Shown here one piece after another: positions 1-13,539 of a stretch of 64,000 nucleotides of DNA. Positions within the stretch are counted from its first letter, which is position 1. Each line of letters begins with the position of its first letter. The notes beneath the pieces were generated by a model, which was not told the DNA's origin, searched no databases, and saw only the letters and a program-made list of their open reading frames with translations. Source of the stretch: the human T2T-CHM13v2.0 reference genome, Homo sapiens; assembly GCF_009914755.1 (NCBI RefSeq), contig NC_060939.1. One strand, written 5' to 3'. Made by a program: the position numbers and the translations under genes.

Positions 1-964
1 TGAAGATGATCAAAGCATACTCTGCTTACATTCATATAGATAAATGCAAATTATCCAATCTTAATATTAGGGAGAAAAAGTATGCAGAGATTCATTGAGC
101 TGTAGGACAATATTCAATAGTCTACAATATGGAAAGATGGAGTCTTAGGAGGAGAACAGAAAGAGAATGAGTCAGAAAAATGTTTTGAGAAAATAATGGC
201 CAATTATTTCCCAAATTTGTTTAAAATATAAGCTTCCATAAGCCTCCAAGAAGCTCAGAAAACTGCAGGCAGGATAAATAAAACAAAAATACAACTAGGC
301 CCAATAGAGTCAAACAGCTGAAAATCAAAGATGAGGAGAAAATCTTTAAAATAGCCAGATAAAACCAGACATGTTACATAGAGAGAAATTATATATAAAT
401 TCAGCTACTTCTCATCAAAACCCATCAACCTATAATTCTATATCGAGGAAGAAATATCTGTCAAAAATAAGGACAGTGTGAAATAAGGACAGTTTAAGAT
501 AAACAAAAGCTGAGAGAATTCACTACCAGCTGACCTGAGTTAGAGGAGAAGCTAAAAGTTCTTCAGGTGAAAAGAAGTGGAGAAGACTGGATATTGTAAA
601 TATAAACCAAAAAAGATACTGTATTATATTTAATTTCTGAATGTCTTTGAAAAGCAAGCAATTGTTTAAACAAAAAATTATACCAATCTATTGTGAGGTT
701 TCTAACTTATGCAAATTTAAAATATATGACACTGATAGCAAAAAAAGTGGAGGTTAAATGAAATCGCACTCTCACTGCAACACTACAACATATAGTTATT
801 AAAACAACAACAAGTCAACATAGTGGACTTCTAATACATTCAACAAATTAGATGTTATAGGATATTTCTTTGAAAAACAGTTTACCAAAACCAGTGCAAG
901 ATGAAGGTAAAATTTGAATAGCTCTATATCAGTTAAAGATATTAAATTCAAAATCTAAGTCCTA

Positions 965-1290
965 GGCCAGGTGCAGTAAGTAGCTCATGCCTGTAATCCC
1001 AGCACTCTGGGAGGCCTAGGCTGGAGGATCACTTGAGCCCAGGATTTCAAGATTAGCCTGGGAAACATAGTGAGATCTCATCTCTCTTAAAAATAAATTT
1101 AAAAAATTAGCCAGGCATGGTGGTGAACACTTTTAGTCCCAGCTTCCTGGGAGACTGAGGCAGGAGGACTGCTTGAGCCTGGGAGGTCGAGGTTGCAGTG
1201 AATCATGATTGTGTCACTGCACTCCAGCCTGGGCAACAGACCAAATGTCCATCTCAAATTTAAAATGAATAAAAATAGAAATAAAAACAA
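965..1290 (+). mobile_element. AluJ
   Basis: Dimeric Alu with ggatcacttgagcccagg and gaggtcgaggttgcagtg; A-rich tail. Confidence 0.9.
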
Positions 1291-1452
1291 AATCAAAGTC
1301 CTTCCCATAAAGGAAACTCCAGGCCCAGGTGGTACAATTACACACAGATTAGAATGGCTCAAGTGAAAAGGAATAATACCACCAAATATTGGCAAAGAAT
1401 GTGAAGCAGCTGGAACTCTCAGGCATTGCAGGTGGAAGTGTAAAGCAGGTAC

Positions 1453-1935
1453 TGAGGCGGGAGGTGGGACTTGACTCCAGAGGTGGGGCTCAGACTCCAG
1501 ACCAGATTGAAGACTAGCTGAAACAGGGAAGAGGCAAAAGCACCTCTCCATAAGACATGCCCACCAGTGCCATGTCAGTTTACCATTGCCATGGCAACAC
1601 CCAGAAGTTACCACCCCTTTCCATGACAATGACCTGACAACCCAGAAGTTACCATCTTTTTTCTAGAAATTTCTGTATAATCCACCCCTTGATTTGCCTG
1701 TGATTAAAAGTGGGTATGAAATGACTGCGGAACCCCCCTGAGCTGCTACTCTGGGCACACTGCCTGTGGTTAGCCCTGCTTCACAAGGAGCAGTACCCCC
1801 TGCTACTGCTGTGCACTGTGCTGCCATCAAAGTTGCTGTTTAACACCACCGGTTCACCCTTGAATTCTTTCCTGGGTGAAGCCAAGAGCCCTCCCAGGCT
1901 AAGCCCCAATTTGGGGGCTCGCCTGTCCAGCATCA
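1453..1935 (+). mobile_element. ERV1 solo LTR (MER41/LTR19-like group)
   Basis: TG...CA termini, 4-bp TSD gtac/gcac, splits the L1 sequence ggtac|aaccactatgg; contains ccatggcaac and repeated cccagaagttacca motifs. Confidence 0.75.
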
Positions 1936-3389
1936 GCACAACCACTATGGAACTATGTGTGGTAGTTTCTGTTTTAATGAAATATGTTTATCTGTGATCA
2001 GCAATTCTAGTCCTAGTCATGTAATCTAGATAAATGAAAATATATGTACATAAAATGGTTGTTCATTGCAGCTTTATTCAAAATAGCCAAAAACTAGAAA
2101 CCACTGCAATGTCTATCGACAAGTGAATGGATAAACAAAATGTGTTATTTCCATATGATGGACTGTTATTCAATAATATCAAGGATACATTCAAGAACAT
2201 AGATGAATCACAGTACATTATGCTGAGTGAAAGAAGCCAGAGATGAAAGACTCCCTAATGTTTGATTCTATGTAGATGAAGTCCATGGATAGGCAAAACT
2301 AATGTAGCTTGGAAAACAGTCTAAACAATGGTTGCCTCTGGCATTGAGGGGTGGAAGATGATTGGAAAGGGTCTTAAGGGAACTTTGTGAGGGTTTGTAA
2401 TATTCTATTAACTGAACAGAATGCCAGTTGCCTGGGTTTTTGCATTTCTTTTTACTTTTGTGGTTACCTTTAAGAAGGAAAGGTGTCAGTGGCTGGGGAA
2501 AGCATAAGGGATCTTCTGGAGTGTTGGCAATGCTCTACTTCTTGGCATGACTGTATTTACTTTGTGGTAATCCTTTAACTGTACATTATGATGTGTGCAC
2601 TTCCCGGAATGTGCAGTATGCTTTTATAATAAGTCAAAAATTAGAAGCCCTTTGGATGACTTACTGTCCATATATGCTATCCTCCCACAGTCTAGTTACG
2701 CGTGGCATCTGCATAGTTAGGCTCAGACATTCTTTAGCCACCCCTGAAGCTTGACTTCCATGCTTGAGCAAATACTTCCTAATCCTGAGAGCTGTCAGGG
2801 TTCACTTGAATTCTCTGGTGCGGTAGGAATCATTGTGCCTTTCCCAGAAGGAAACTGATCTAATTGGCTTAATGAAGCCAAGAACCTCTTATTCAACTCT
2901 CTTTTCCTTATAATAACATGGTATTATTTCTTTTAATTATGGACTATCACATGGAAATTGCTGACTTATTCTAGCTCCATTAAGTGGACACACTAAGATG
3001 AACCAAAATACTTACAAAAAGCACACAAACACCCGCTGCCTGCCTCTGCTCCCTGCACTCAGTCTCTGTGGTCCCTTGCACCTCACCTTCCCAGTTTGGC
3101 TCTGCTTCTTGGTTCAGCTTTAACAGCCTGCTTAGTGCATGCCTCTGTAGCTCCTAGGTCCTGATCTGAGAGAGGGTGCATCTGGCCAAGTGCTTTCAGA
3201 GGGAGCATGAGGAGCCTGCCCTGACCTCTCTTGGCCCCTTATTGGGAGATGCCCTTTGGCTGTGATGCATAACCTTACTTTAATGTGGTTGCTGTACACA
3301 GCATATTGGATTCCGCCTCATAATAATCTGCAGATCTGTGAGTCTGAGCAATCGATGCCTGTCTAACTGCCACTGTCACTGCATTAGGC

Positions 3390-4005
<616 letters not shown>

Positions 4006-4093
4006 ACAATTGGGAAAAGAGAATGAGAAGCTGATAAACATTTGTTGTGCACACACCATAATAACAATAACAATAATAATAATAGTAATAATA

Positions 4094-4764
4094 CAGATGC
4101 TCCTCGGCTTATGACGGGATTACGTCACAATGAACCAGTGGTCAATGGAAAATATCTTAAGTAGAAAGTGCATGTGATATACCTGACTTGCTGAATATCC
4201 TAGCTCAGCCTAACCCACCTCACCCATGCTCAGAGTGCCTGCAGTTGCCTGCAGTTGGGCAAAGTCATCTCACACAAAGCTTATTTTATAATAAAGTGTT
4301 GAATATCTCAGATAGTTTATTGAATACGGTTGAAAGTGAAAAACAGAACAGTTGTGTGGGTTCTCCAGCTACTATTTCTTTTCTTTTTTTTTCTTTTCTT
4401 TCTTTCTTTTTTTTTTTTTTTTTTGAGAAAGGTTCTTGCTCTGTGGCAGCCTTGACCTCCCAGACTCAAGCCGTCTTCCTACCTCAGCCTCCCCAGCAGC
4501 TGAGACCACAGGTGCCCGCCGCCACCATGCTTGGCTAATTTTTGTATTTTTGGTAGAAACGAGGTTTAACCACGTTGCCCAGGCTGGTCTCGAGCTCCTG
4601 GCCTGAAGGGATCCATCCATCTCAGCCTCCCAAACTTGTGGGATTACAGATGTGAGCCACTATGCCTGGCCTCAAAGTACTGTTTCTATTGAGTGTGTAT
4701 TGCTTTCACACCACAGTAAGTTTGAAAAGTCTAAGTCAAACCGTCGTAAGGCAGGAACCGTCAG
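4094..4764. mobile_element. MER47A-like TcMar-Tigger non-autonomous element, split by an Alu
   Basis: Starts TA|cagatgctcctcggcttatgacggg, has internal ttattttataataaagtgttgaatatctca, ends cgtaaggcaggaaccgtcag. Confidence 0.75.
4376..4670 (-). mobile_element. AluJ-type with internal deletion in the right arm
   Basis: gctctgtg joins directly to gcagccttgacc, omitting cccaggctggagtgcagtgg...ctcact. Confidence 0.85.
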
Positions 4765-5837
4765 TCTAAAAAAGGCATAGATTTTGAGAAAAAGGGAGGC
4801 AGAGGAGTTGGGAAGAGAGGTTATAGGACTGATGAAAGATAGTGAAACCAATGCGGATGTAACAAAACACTGAATCAAAGGCAACAAAGACAGGGGTAGG
4901 CAGAAGCCAGGAAGGGACTGGGCCAAGTAAGAGGGAAAGGAAAAGGGGGTTCCCTCTGTCCCTTCTCCCTCAATCAGGCTTGTGGGTGCAGGACAGGACG
5001 CTAGGCCGCCTGCCATATAGAATTATCTGTGTTGGTCTTCTCCTTTCCTCCTTCCCTGGACTCTGACGTCTTTGTCAAGTCTGGGATGAAGTGGGTGAGA
5101 GAAATGCCTTTTCATCATGAGCTTCCCTGAGGTCTCTCTTTCTCCACATGAAGTTTCAAAAGTCTATTTTGGGATGCAAAGGCTGAGAGCTCCAACACTG
5201 GGTCTCCTCTCCTCTCCCGGCCAACATTCGAGAGCTGGTAAGACAAGACCTCAAGTTGCTGCCAAAATGGAAGGAGGCCATGGGGAAAGACGGAATGATA
5301 AGCATGTCGGTTCAGATCAACATGTTATCTCACCACATGGGTGTTTGTTAGGAAATGAATGTGTTTGTTCTTTTGCATCAATCAGGAGCAGCAGGGAACA
5401 TGGAGGGGTGGAGGGATGGTGAATGGGTTTGTTTTAAAGAAAAAGACCAGTGAGAGGGGAAGTTCAAGGCCTCTAGTCAAGTCACCCGTGCTTTCTCCCA
5501 GGCCCTCATCTCTGTTCCCTTCCCACGCAGACTTGCCCAACCTCCCCATTCTGTGCCAGCAGATCTGGGTGCTTACGCCTGGCTTGGGGAAGTGTGTGTC
5601 TTGGAGGGGAAAGGGTGTGGGGACTTCACTTGTATGCACAGTGCACCAGATTCCACAGAGCCTCTGGAGCCCAGGGTTTTTATCATTATGTTTGTTGACT
5701 TATTATGTAAAAATTGTACTTTGTTGCTTTTTTATTTGCTTGTTTTAATTGTTACTTGCAGCCATTTTTCCAAACGGCTGTTGTTCTTGAATGTTAGCTG
5801 TGCTCACACTTTCCTCATTATTGGTTCCTTAGTGAGC

Positions 5838-6214
5838 TTTCCTTTCCTTTATTCCTTCCTTCCTTCCCTCCCTCCCCTCCCCTCCCCTCCCCTGCCTTCC
5901 CTTCCTTCCTTCCTTCCATCCCTCCTTTTTCAGACAAGGTCTTTCTCTGTTGCCCAGGCTGGAGTGCAGTAAGTCGTGTGATCTTGGCTCACTACCGCCT
6001 CAACCTCCTGGGCTCAAGAGATCTTCCTACCTCAGCCTCCTGAATGGCTGAGACCACAGACACTCACCACCACACCTGGCTTTTTTCTTTTTTTTTCTAG
6101 AGACAGGGTCTTGCTCTCTTGTCCAGGCTGGTCTCAAACTCCTGATCTCAAGCAATTCTCCTGCCTCAGCCTCCCAAAGTTCTGGGATTACAGACGTGAG
6201 CCACTGCATCTAGC
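5838..6214 (-). mobile_element. AluJ with tail converted to (CCTT/CCCT)n
   Basis: CT-rich tract 5838-5925 followed by a reverse Alu body. Confidence 0.88.
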
Positions 6215-6689
6215 CTGTCCTCTATATTTTTGTTTTTTAAATATTTATCCTTTCTTTCTTTTTTTTGGCCTCAATGTATAACTGTTATTTTCTAGATTTG
6301 ATCTGAGATGGAATCATGGATCTTCTTTGTATTTTGGAATGAAAAGAGGTGTGAGCCAGGGTAAGATTCTGCAGGAAGACCTTTACTGGGCTGAGGCAAG
6401 GATGTGAGACGCAGTCCAGTTGCTACTCTGAAACCTGTCCTTGAGGTTGCTGAGGAGTCTGATGCCATGACTCCATGGGGGGTGGTGTTTACACCTTGGG
6501 AGTCCATATGGCTAAACTACAAAAGAAACATGTGACCCTGGTCTTTGCTTATCGTATAACAGCAGAAGCACAATATAGAAAATCTTTCTTTGCAGGCTGT
6601 TTGGATCTTACCCTTTGTGGTAGCTCTGTTGCATTCTCTACCAAAGTGTTTTCAAAACCTTCTTGACCAGTGACATACTGATAAGTATT

Positions 6690-7030
6690 TCGATCATATA
6701 AGTGGTTTTCTATTGCAAACAATATGACTCAAAACATACATTACACGTATACCTTTGGCACTGACTGAATTGATATAGGCTAGATTCCTAGAAGTGGTAT
6801 CTCAGTCAAGGAAACATGCATTTGAATTTGAATAAGTGCAGTCCTTCCAAAGAGCCCTTCCAAAATGCTGTGCCACTGCATGGAGTTTGTATCTGCCACT
6901 GCATGGAGTGAGCTATTTCCCTACGTCCAAACCTATAAGATACTATCCATCTGTCTCTTTTGCTTATCTGATGGGGAAAATTGGTACTTCATGGTTCCTA
7001 AACAATTTTGAATACTAGGGGATTTTGACT
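6690..7030 (-). mobile_element. Ancient L1ME 3' fragment
   Basis: tagattcctagaagtggtatctcagtcaaggaaacatgcatttg...cttccaaaatgctgtgcc. Confidence 0.55.
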
Positions 7031-7251
7031 TTGAAGCTTCTTTCCTTTCCAGAGTTTTCATAATGGAAAGTAGACTAAAGGGAAGATATTGAGGGTGGGA
7101 TGTACATCAGAGAGGCCAAAGGAAGAAAATCATTATCCAGGTAGGAGGAAAAGAGGGCAGGATTTAGGGTATAAGGGAAGATGTAAGAAACTTGTAGGGA
7201 GCCACCTCCTTGCCAGTGCCTTCTCTCCATGCCCATCCTGACTTTTTGCAA

Positions 7252-7573
7252 GTTTTTTTTGTTGTTGTTTGTTTGTTTGTTTTTAGAGATAGGGTCTCTC
7301 TCTGACACCCAGGCTGGTGTGCAGAGGCCTGATCCTAGCTCACCACAGTCTTGAACTCCTGGGCTCAAGCAAACTCCCGCCTCAGTCTTCTGAGTAGCTG
7401 GGACTACACGCGCATGGATGCCACCATGGCTTGCTAATTTAAAACAATTTTTTTTTTTTAGAGACAGGTCGCACTGTGTGGCTTAGGCTGGTCTCAAACT
7501 CCTGGTCTCATGTGACCCCCAGCCTCAGTCTCCAGAGTAGCTGGGTCTATAGGTGCAAGCCATCACGCTCGGC
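7252..7573 (-). mobile_element. Old Alu dimer with FLAM_A-like left arm
   Basis: Both arms carry the gagtagctggg.ct(a)..gg pattern; TSD tgactttttgcaa/tgaccttttgcaa. Confidence 0.8.
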
Positions 7574-7773
7574 TGACCTTTTGCAAATGTGAGTACAGAT
7601 GCCCTCCTGAGACTTGGCGGCAGAGTCGCATGCAGGGGAAGGAAGATCTAAGGCTTGATCTCTTCTGAGGCGGCCAGCCTTTGAGAGATTCACGTCAACC
7701 GCTAAGGTCACCTGCTGCCCCCACATTCCTGTGGAACTAAGTGTAAAGAGCTTTTGATCTTGGGTGGAAATAA

Positions 7774-8094
<321 letters not shown>

Positions 8095-8489
8095 CGCTAG
8101 AATCTTTTTAAGGTCTCCAAGGCAGAGGAATGTGTGCGGATTCATAAGCTGCCAAGATTTAAGAAAAAAGAAAAGTTAGTTAGGTGGAAAATTCAGATAG
8201 GATCCTAAAATTGCTACCTTCAATTTACTGCTTTTGAGTTGGGAAAGGAAATAAAGGATTTGGAAGCATTATGGGGAAGGCATTTAGGCTAGAATGGAAA
8301 TACTTATTCATATCGTTCCTGCACTGGGTGGACCAAGCTATGAGCCACATCCGTCTTTGCAGGAATAAGAAATCATGAGAGGGTCAAATTATGTGGCTGG
8401 CATTTCTGCATAACATACCTCCCACTTAATGGGCACATAACAATTTCTCTAGCACGTTCTATTTATCAATAAAATCTCATTTTAAAAAA

Positions 8490-9140
8490 ATATTTTATCT
8501 TTTTACAGCAGTTTTAGGTTCACAGCAAGATGAGCAGAGGGTCCCAACATCTTCTCCGCCCCCACACAAGCATAGCCTCCCCTACCGTCCATATTTCCAG
8601 CAGAGTGGCACATTTCTTTATGATTGATGAAGCCACATTGATACATCATTATTACACAGAGACCACAGCTTACATTATGCTTCACTCTTGGTGTTGTGTA
8701 TTGTGTGGGTTTGGACCAATGTATAATGCCCTGTATCCGCCGTTGCAGTATTGTACAGAGTAGTTTCATTGCCCTAAAAATCCTCTGTGCTCCCCTATCC
8801 ATCCCTCTCTCTCCTCTAGCCCCCAGGAAATGCCGATCACTTTCCTGTCTCCATGGTTCTGCCTTTTCCAGAATGTCGTTCAGTTGGAACCATGCAGTGG
8901 GTAGCCTCTTCAGATTGGCTTCTTTGACTCTGTGACATACGTGTCACTTTCCTCCATGTGTTTCTATGGCTTGATAGCTCATTTCATTTTACTACTGAAT
9001 AATATTGCATTCTCTGAATGTACCACAGTTTATTTGGCCATCCACTTGCTGAAGGACATGGTGGTTGCTTCCTAGTTTTGGCAGTTATGAATAAAGCTGC
9101 TATAAACATCCCTGTGCACATGTTTGTCTGGACACAAAGC
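8490..9140 (-). mobile_element. L1MC-type 3' end
   Basis: gcagttttaggttcacagcaa...cactcttggtgttgt...ttatgaataaagctgctataaacatc. Confidence 0.8.
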
Positions 9141-10482
9141 TTTTACCCATTTCATATATTCATTTGCATGGTTGCTTTACAGTGCCAGGGGCGAGTGGGT
9201 GGGGATTTTGTGGAGGCTGTGTGTTTTGGCTGTGAAAGACATCTAGCAGTCCTAGTAATGCCCTAGCTCCCATGAGCAGTGCTTCCTAAGGGCTCAGAGA
9301 GAGAGACTTTGGGACTATGCAGTACTGAAAAGGCAAGAGGTAACGCAAGCTGTAGCAACGCATTTCACTGCAGTTGCATGCCGGCAGCCAGAGACAATGC
9401 CAACTGAAGTGGATGCAGCCAGGGGAAGTCTGAAGAGCAGCCAGGCTCATAAATTTGAAGAGTGGAAAAGAATTGCGATGGCAACTAAATATTGCTCTGT
9501 AAAGTAGCCAGGCATAAGTCTTATACAGCAGTGACTTTCAAACTTTAGAAACTCTATTAACACTCCTCAAGTAGAAGGCTGCTGTGAGCTCCTGAAGAGG
9601 CACAGGCCATCCTCAGATCTCTGTGTTCATGAAAGATGCCCCGACTTTCTATCAGGGCCCATCTCCCTTGGGGTAGGGGGCTGGGTGCAGAATTTAACAT
9701 TTTTTGATACTTTTTTTAAAAAAGAAATACAAAACTCAAGAGAATAATATAAGAACCCCAACATAACCCCTGCCCAGATTCCTCTTTCCTTTTTACAATT
9801 GCATTGCCCACGTCATGTATTCCATCAGTTTCCTGCTGTTTTGACATGTGGGCTGTCTCTGGCTGGCCTTTGGCTGCAGTGAGTAGACACCCTTTTGCCT
9901 ATATGTTTTCACATTTTTGCAAATGTAGCTTGAAGTTAGATTCCAGGAGGTGTGTTTGCAGGGTCATGAGTAAGCGTATATGCAGTTTTGCTCACCGTTG
10001 TGCAGTGCCGCCCCCAATATCTGGGGATGCCTGCTTCCCAGGGCCTCTCAGCATCATTTGTCATTAGTGTTTTGCATTTTTGTCAACCTGGTAGGTGAGA
10101 AATGGTATCTCAGTTTAGTTTTAATTTGTTTTTTTTTTCTATTTTGTTTGAGATTGATCATATTTTCATATGTTTAAGGTCTATTTACATTTTTCCCCCT
10201 GGGAGCTCACTCTCTATTTAGACGTCTTGCCCATCTTTCTATTATTGGTCTTTTATTGCTTCTAAAATTTGAATTTCTACTTTATTTCCAATTTTTTTTC
10301 TTACTTGTCACTGACTTGAAGCTCATACATTTTGAATTTTGAGTCATAATTAGGAAGTTCGAATTTTGAGCCATATTTAGGGAGATTTTCTTACTCCGGA
10401 TGATAAAGAAGTTTACTTATATTTTCTTCTAGAATTTAGATAGTCTCAATATTCCACATTTAGATTTTTAAAAATATATTAA

Positions 10483-10600
10483 ATTGAGACAGGGTCTCAC
10501 TTTTTTGCCCAGGCTGGCCTCAAACCCCTGCCCTCATGGGATCCTCCCTTTTCGGCCTCCCAAAGTGCTGGGATTACAGGCATGAGCCTCTGCACCTGGT
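10483..10600 (-). mobile_element. FLAM_C-like Alu monomer
   Basis: Single left monomer with TSD acatttagatttt on both sides. Confidence 0.85.
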
Positions 10601-10869
10601 CTACATTTAGATTTTTGTTACATTTGTCATATACTATTCTAGTGTGGAGAGTGAGGAATGGATTGAATGTTACTTCTAAATAGCTATCTATTTGTCCCAA
10701 AAATATTTATTTGAGGGTTCCATCTTTTACTTGCTGACTTAGGGTCTGTATCATTTGCTCTATCTCCATGTGTACCTGGCTGTATTTCAGGCCTTTACAT
10801 TCTTTCGCTGGTCTGCCGTCCTTTTATTTGCTAATACCACACTCCTTTAATTAAGGAAGCTTCATAGAG

Positions 10870-11771
10870 AGCTGGCCGGGAGTATAGAGGAGCAAACACA
10901 TTTTTCCATTCAGGCACTCCTGACTCACCTGAATTCCAGCAGAGCACAGGCTGTGCCAACTCTCTGCCTGTGCTTTTAGACCCTGTGGCTGCACAAAAAA
11001 AACTCAGGAATCAAAGTGGAGACAGTGAGAATTCAGGCGGAAATTACTAGAAAACCCCAGGAAGTAAAGAAGGAAAAAGAAACCAAGGAACCAGAAAAAC
11101 CAACAGATGCAGTCAGTTAAAACTTAGAGTGACCAGGAGATCCAGTGTTTCTTAAAAGAATGGAGATTTCTTGAGTGTGAAGATTTGAGGAAGAGGATCG
11201 TGAATGGTCCAAGACAATTGCCCAGCACCTCAAGCAGAGAGGCACCAGCAGGAGCTGGTAACAATGTCTACAGTCTACAGATGCTGGAGAGAGCAGGACT
11301 CACTCTGGGCCACTCATGAGACCAGCCATGGGCCAAGGAGCCAGCCCTGGCCCTGTCCTCATGGAGAGGCCCTGCCAGGATTCTGGGATACAGATGGAAG
11401 GACAAGGTCTTTTCAGGTCCTCTCTGTGCATATGTGGTTGTTCCTGCAACTCCTGTTATCAGTTCCGGGTCTGTCATCCCCATTGCTTTAAGGGGCTGCT
11501 GTCGGCCCCCATGCATGATTTCCGTGGAGCATCCTCAGGTACCCAGATGGGAGTCCTGGAACATGAGCCTGAGGGTCAGCCCCCTGCCTGTTTCCTGCTG
11601 TTGTCCCAGCTAGAAACTTGGAGACAATTAGAACCTGGATCTCAATTCTGCCTCAAAGCAAGGCAATAGCACAATCTATACACTGGTGCGTGACTCCTCC
11701 TCTCCCAGCCCAGTGTGATGAGGATAAAATGAGAAATAAATGAATGAGCATCACCTAAAAAAAAGAAAGAA
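10870..11771 (+). pseudogene. Processed pseudogene of an MSANTD5-like Myb/SANT-domain gene
   Basis: Frame-hopping translation from GTG 11016: VETVRIQAEITRKPQEVKKEKETKEPEKPT / MQSVKT*SDQEIQCFLKEWRFLECE / SKTIAQHLKQRGTSRSW*QCLQ / EQDSLWATHETSHGPRSQPWPCPHGEAL / RILGYRWKDKVFSGPLCAYVV...SVEHPQVPRWESWNMS, collinear with MSANTD5 as I recall it; no introns; AATAAA 11735-11740; A-tail 11757-11771. Confidence 0.8.
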
Positions 11772-12289
11772 TTCTATGTTTTAATATCTGGCAGGGCTAG
11801 TCCTTTGTTATTTCTTCCAGAGTTTTTCTGGTGATTTTTACTTGTTTATATTTCCATATGAACATTATGATCAACTTGTACATTCAGGTCTTCTATAATT
11901 ACTGGGTTGCTTTCTGAAGGCAGAGTGTGTGGAATCCCACAGGTGCAGAGAGCAGCCTCCTGGGTGTGAGTTAATTTGCATTTATACCTGACTTCCTTTA
12001 CCGTTGGTCAATAACCTAGGCATAAAGCTAAGTTGAAAAGTACTGCCCTAGGTAGCCTTAAAATTAATGAAGAATGAACACAAAGTATTACAACACAAGG
12101 AAGAAACCCTAAGTTACTAGAGGGCAGGGACTGTTTAATAGTATGTGCCTAAACATATGTGCTGGAGCTAGATACATTGCCAAGGTCCAGTAAAATGCTG
12201 AATTATATTAAAAGAATGAATGTGATCAATGCTAGATTGGAATCCTATTTCAAGGGGGAACAGAAGAAGAAGATGTTCACTTGGAATTC

Positions 12290-12640
12290 AAAGCTTTTGA
12301 CAAGGAGGTGGCATTTGCGATTGGCGTTGAAGAGTTATCGGATTCTAGTAGCTGTAAGAGGCTGTGTGGAGGAGAAAAAGCCAGACAGGGAATGCCATGT
12401 GTGAAGAGCAGAAGGCAAGGAGGCGTGTGATGGGTCTGTGGAACAGTGATGAGTCTTGGTGCTGGAACAAATGATGTTGGGGTAGAAAGGGGGTGCCATA
12501 GACACCACAGGAAATGAGACTGAAAACGAGGGCTGGACTCAGAAGATGGGAGAACATAAGACATTTGGGATTTTTACAGCTATGGGAATAATGAGTCTTT
12601 GAAATCTTGGGGCAGGAGGGAGATAAACATCGGTAACAGT
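12290..12640 (-). mobile_element. L2 fragment
   Basis: aaggaggtggcatttgcgattggcgttgaag...ggaacagtgatgagtcttggtgctggaac. Confidence 0.55.
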
Positions 12641-13539
12641 TAATGTATATAGAAACAGTTAGGATTAGTTTATTTCAGTTGTAATAAGTGATTCTTCATT
12701 ATTTCAGTTAAAAATATGTTAAAAACATCGCCAACTACTTGGGATCCTTAGAGCCTCATACTCCAAGTTAACCTGGTACATGTTCAAAGTAGAAAACCTC
12801 ACCCTGGTGTTCTTTAAAATAAAGTTAAATTAGTAAATTTATATCTAGCTTGGATTCTTCATGCAGCACTTCTAGAGAATTGGAGTGTAATACTATTAGA
12901 ATTTGTGAGCTGATCTAGGTGCAACTAACATAGTTTTGTTACTGTATTAATTCCAAATGCTATGTTTATGTTATCACGTGACAAAAAGTGGCAATCCTTT
13001 ATAGGAATGTCATCTTTTATGCTTTAAAATTCTCAAAGCCTGCCTTCCCTGCTGCCCTCCCCACCAACCCTCACTACAACAAAGGGAATCAATTTTTTAC
13101 TGTTGTGTAATTAGAGGAAAAAAAAGTTCTTAATTTCCTTCTCTCCCAAGAGGAAATATGGTGTTCCAAACCACAAGAGTTTATTGCATTTGACCCTCAC
13201 ATTTTCTGTTTATTAATCACAGAAGTATACATTTCACTAAAAACTATAAGCAAATTATTGCTTTACCTGTAATTGTTTCCCAGGGCAGCTGTGACTGGCT
13301 AAGCACAGCCTGGAGCTCTTGCAGAGTGATGTGTGCTCTCCATGAGGATGGGACAGGCAAGGAAGAGGGACCTGCTCGCTCACTGTGCTCCCGGGCCTTG
13401 GGCTTGGAATGGCAGACAGGGCAGGGTCAGAGAACAGCTGAAGAAAACAGAAAGATGAAACTTTACAACTAGAAAACAAAGAAAAGTTGCATGTTAATTT
13501 AAGCACTGGGAATTCAAATTGAAATGATCACAAAGAGTG

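Larger units (their letters stand above)
1..2640 (+). mobile_element. Ancient L1 (L1M/L1ME-type) remnant: ORF1 C-terminal part, short ORF2 piece and 3' end; interrupted by an Alu and an LTR
   Basis: 138-360 reads as degenerate ORF1 (GV.GGEQKENESEKCFEKIMANYFPNL...EAQKTAGRINK...KDEEKIFKIAR); 1300-1333 [11 protein letters not shown] matches ORF2; 1940-2640 is a typical old-L1 3' region. Confidence 0.8.
9700..11880 (-). mobile_element. Ancient L1ME fragments, interrupted by a FLAM and a processed pseudogene
   Basis: ggtgagaaatggtatctcagtttagttttaatttg; L1 sequence ...gcttcatag (10867) resumes as tatgttttaatatctggcagggctagtcc (11775). Confidence 0.6.

Noticed and set aside
1099-1629. 176-aa minus-strand ORF
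   Set aside because: Chimeric read-through of LTR, L1 and Alu antisense sequence
11204-11669. ORFs 11204-11491 and 11316-11669 as functional CDS
   Set aside because: Only part of the first is in the MSANTD5-like frame; the copy has stops and frameshifts throughout
10855-11785. TSD around the MSANTD5-like insert
   Set aside because: No convincing duplicated sequence is visible; the call rests on the L1 interruption, poly(A) and protein match
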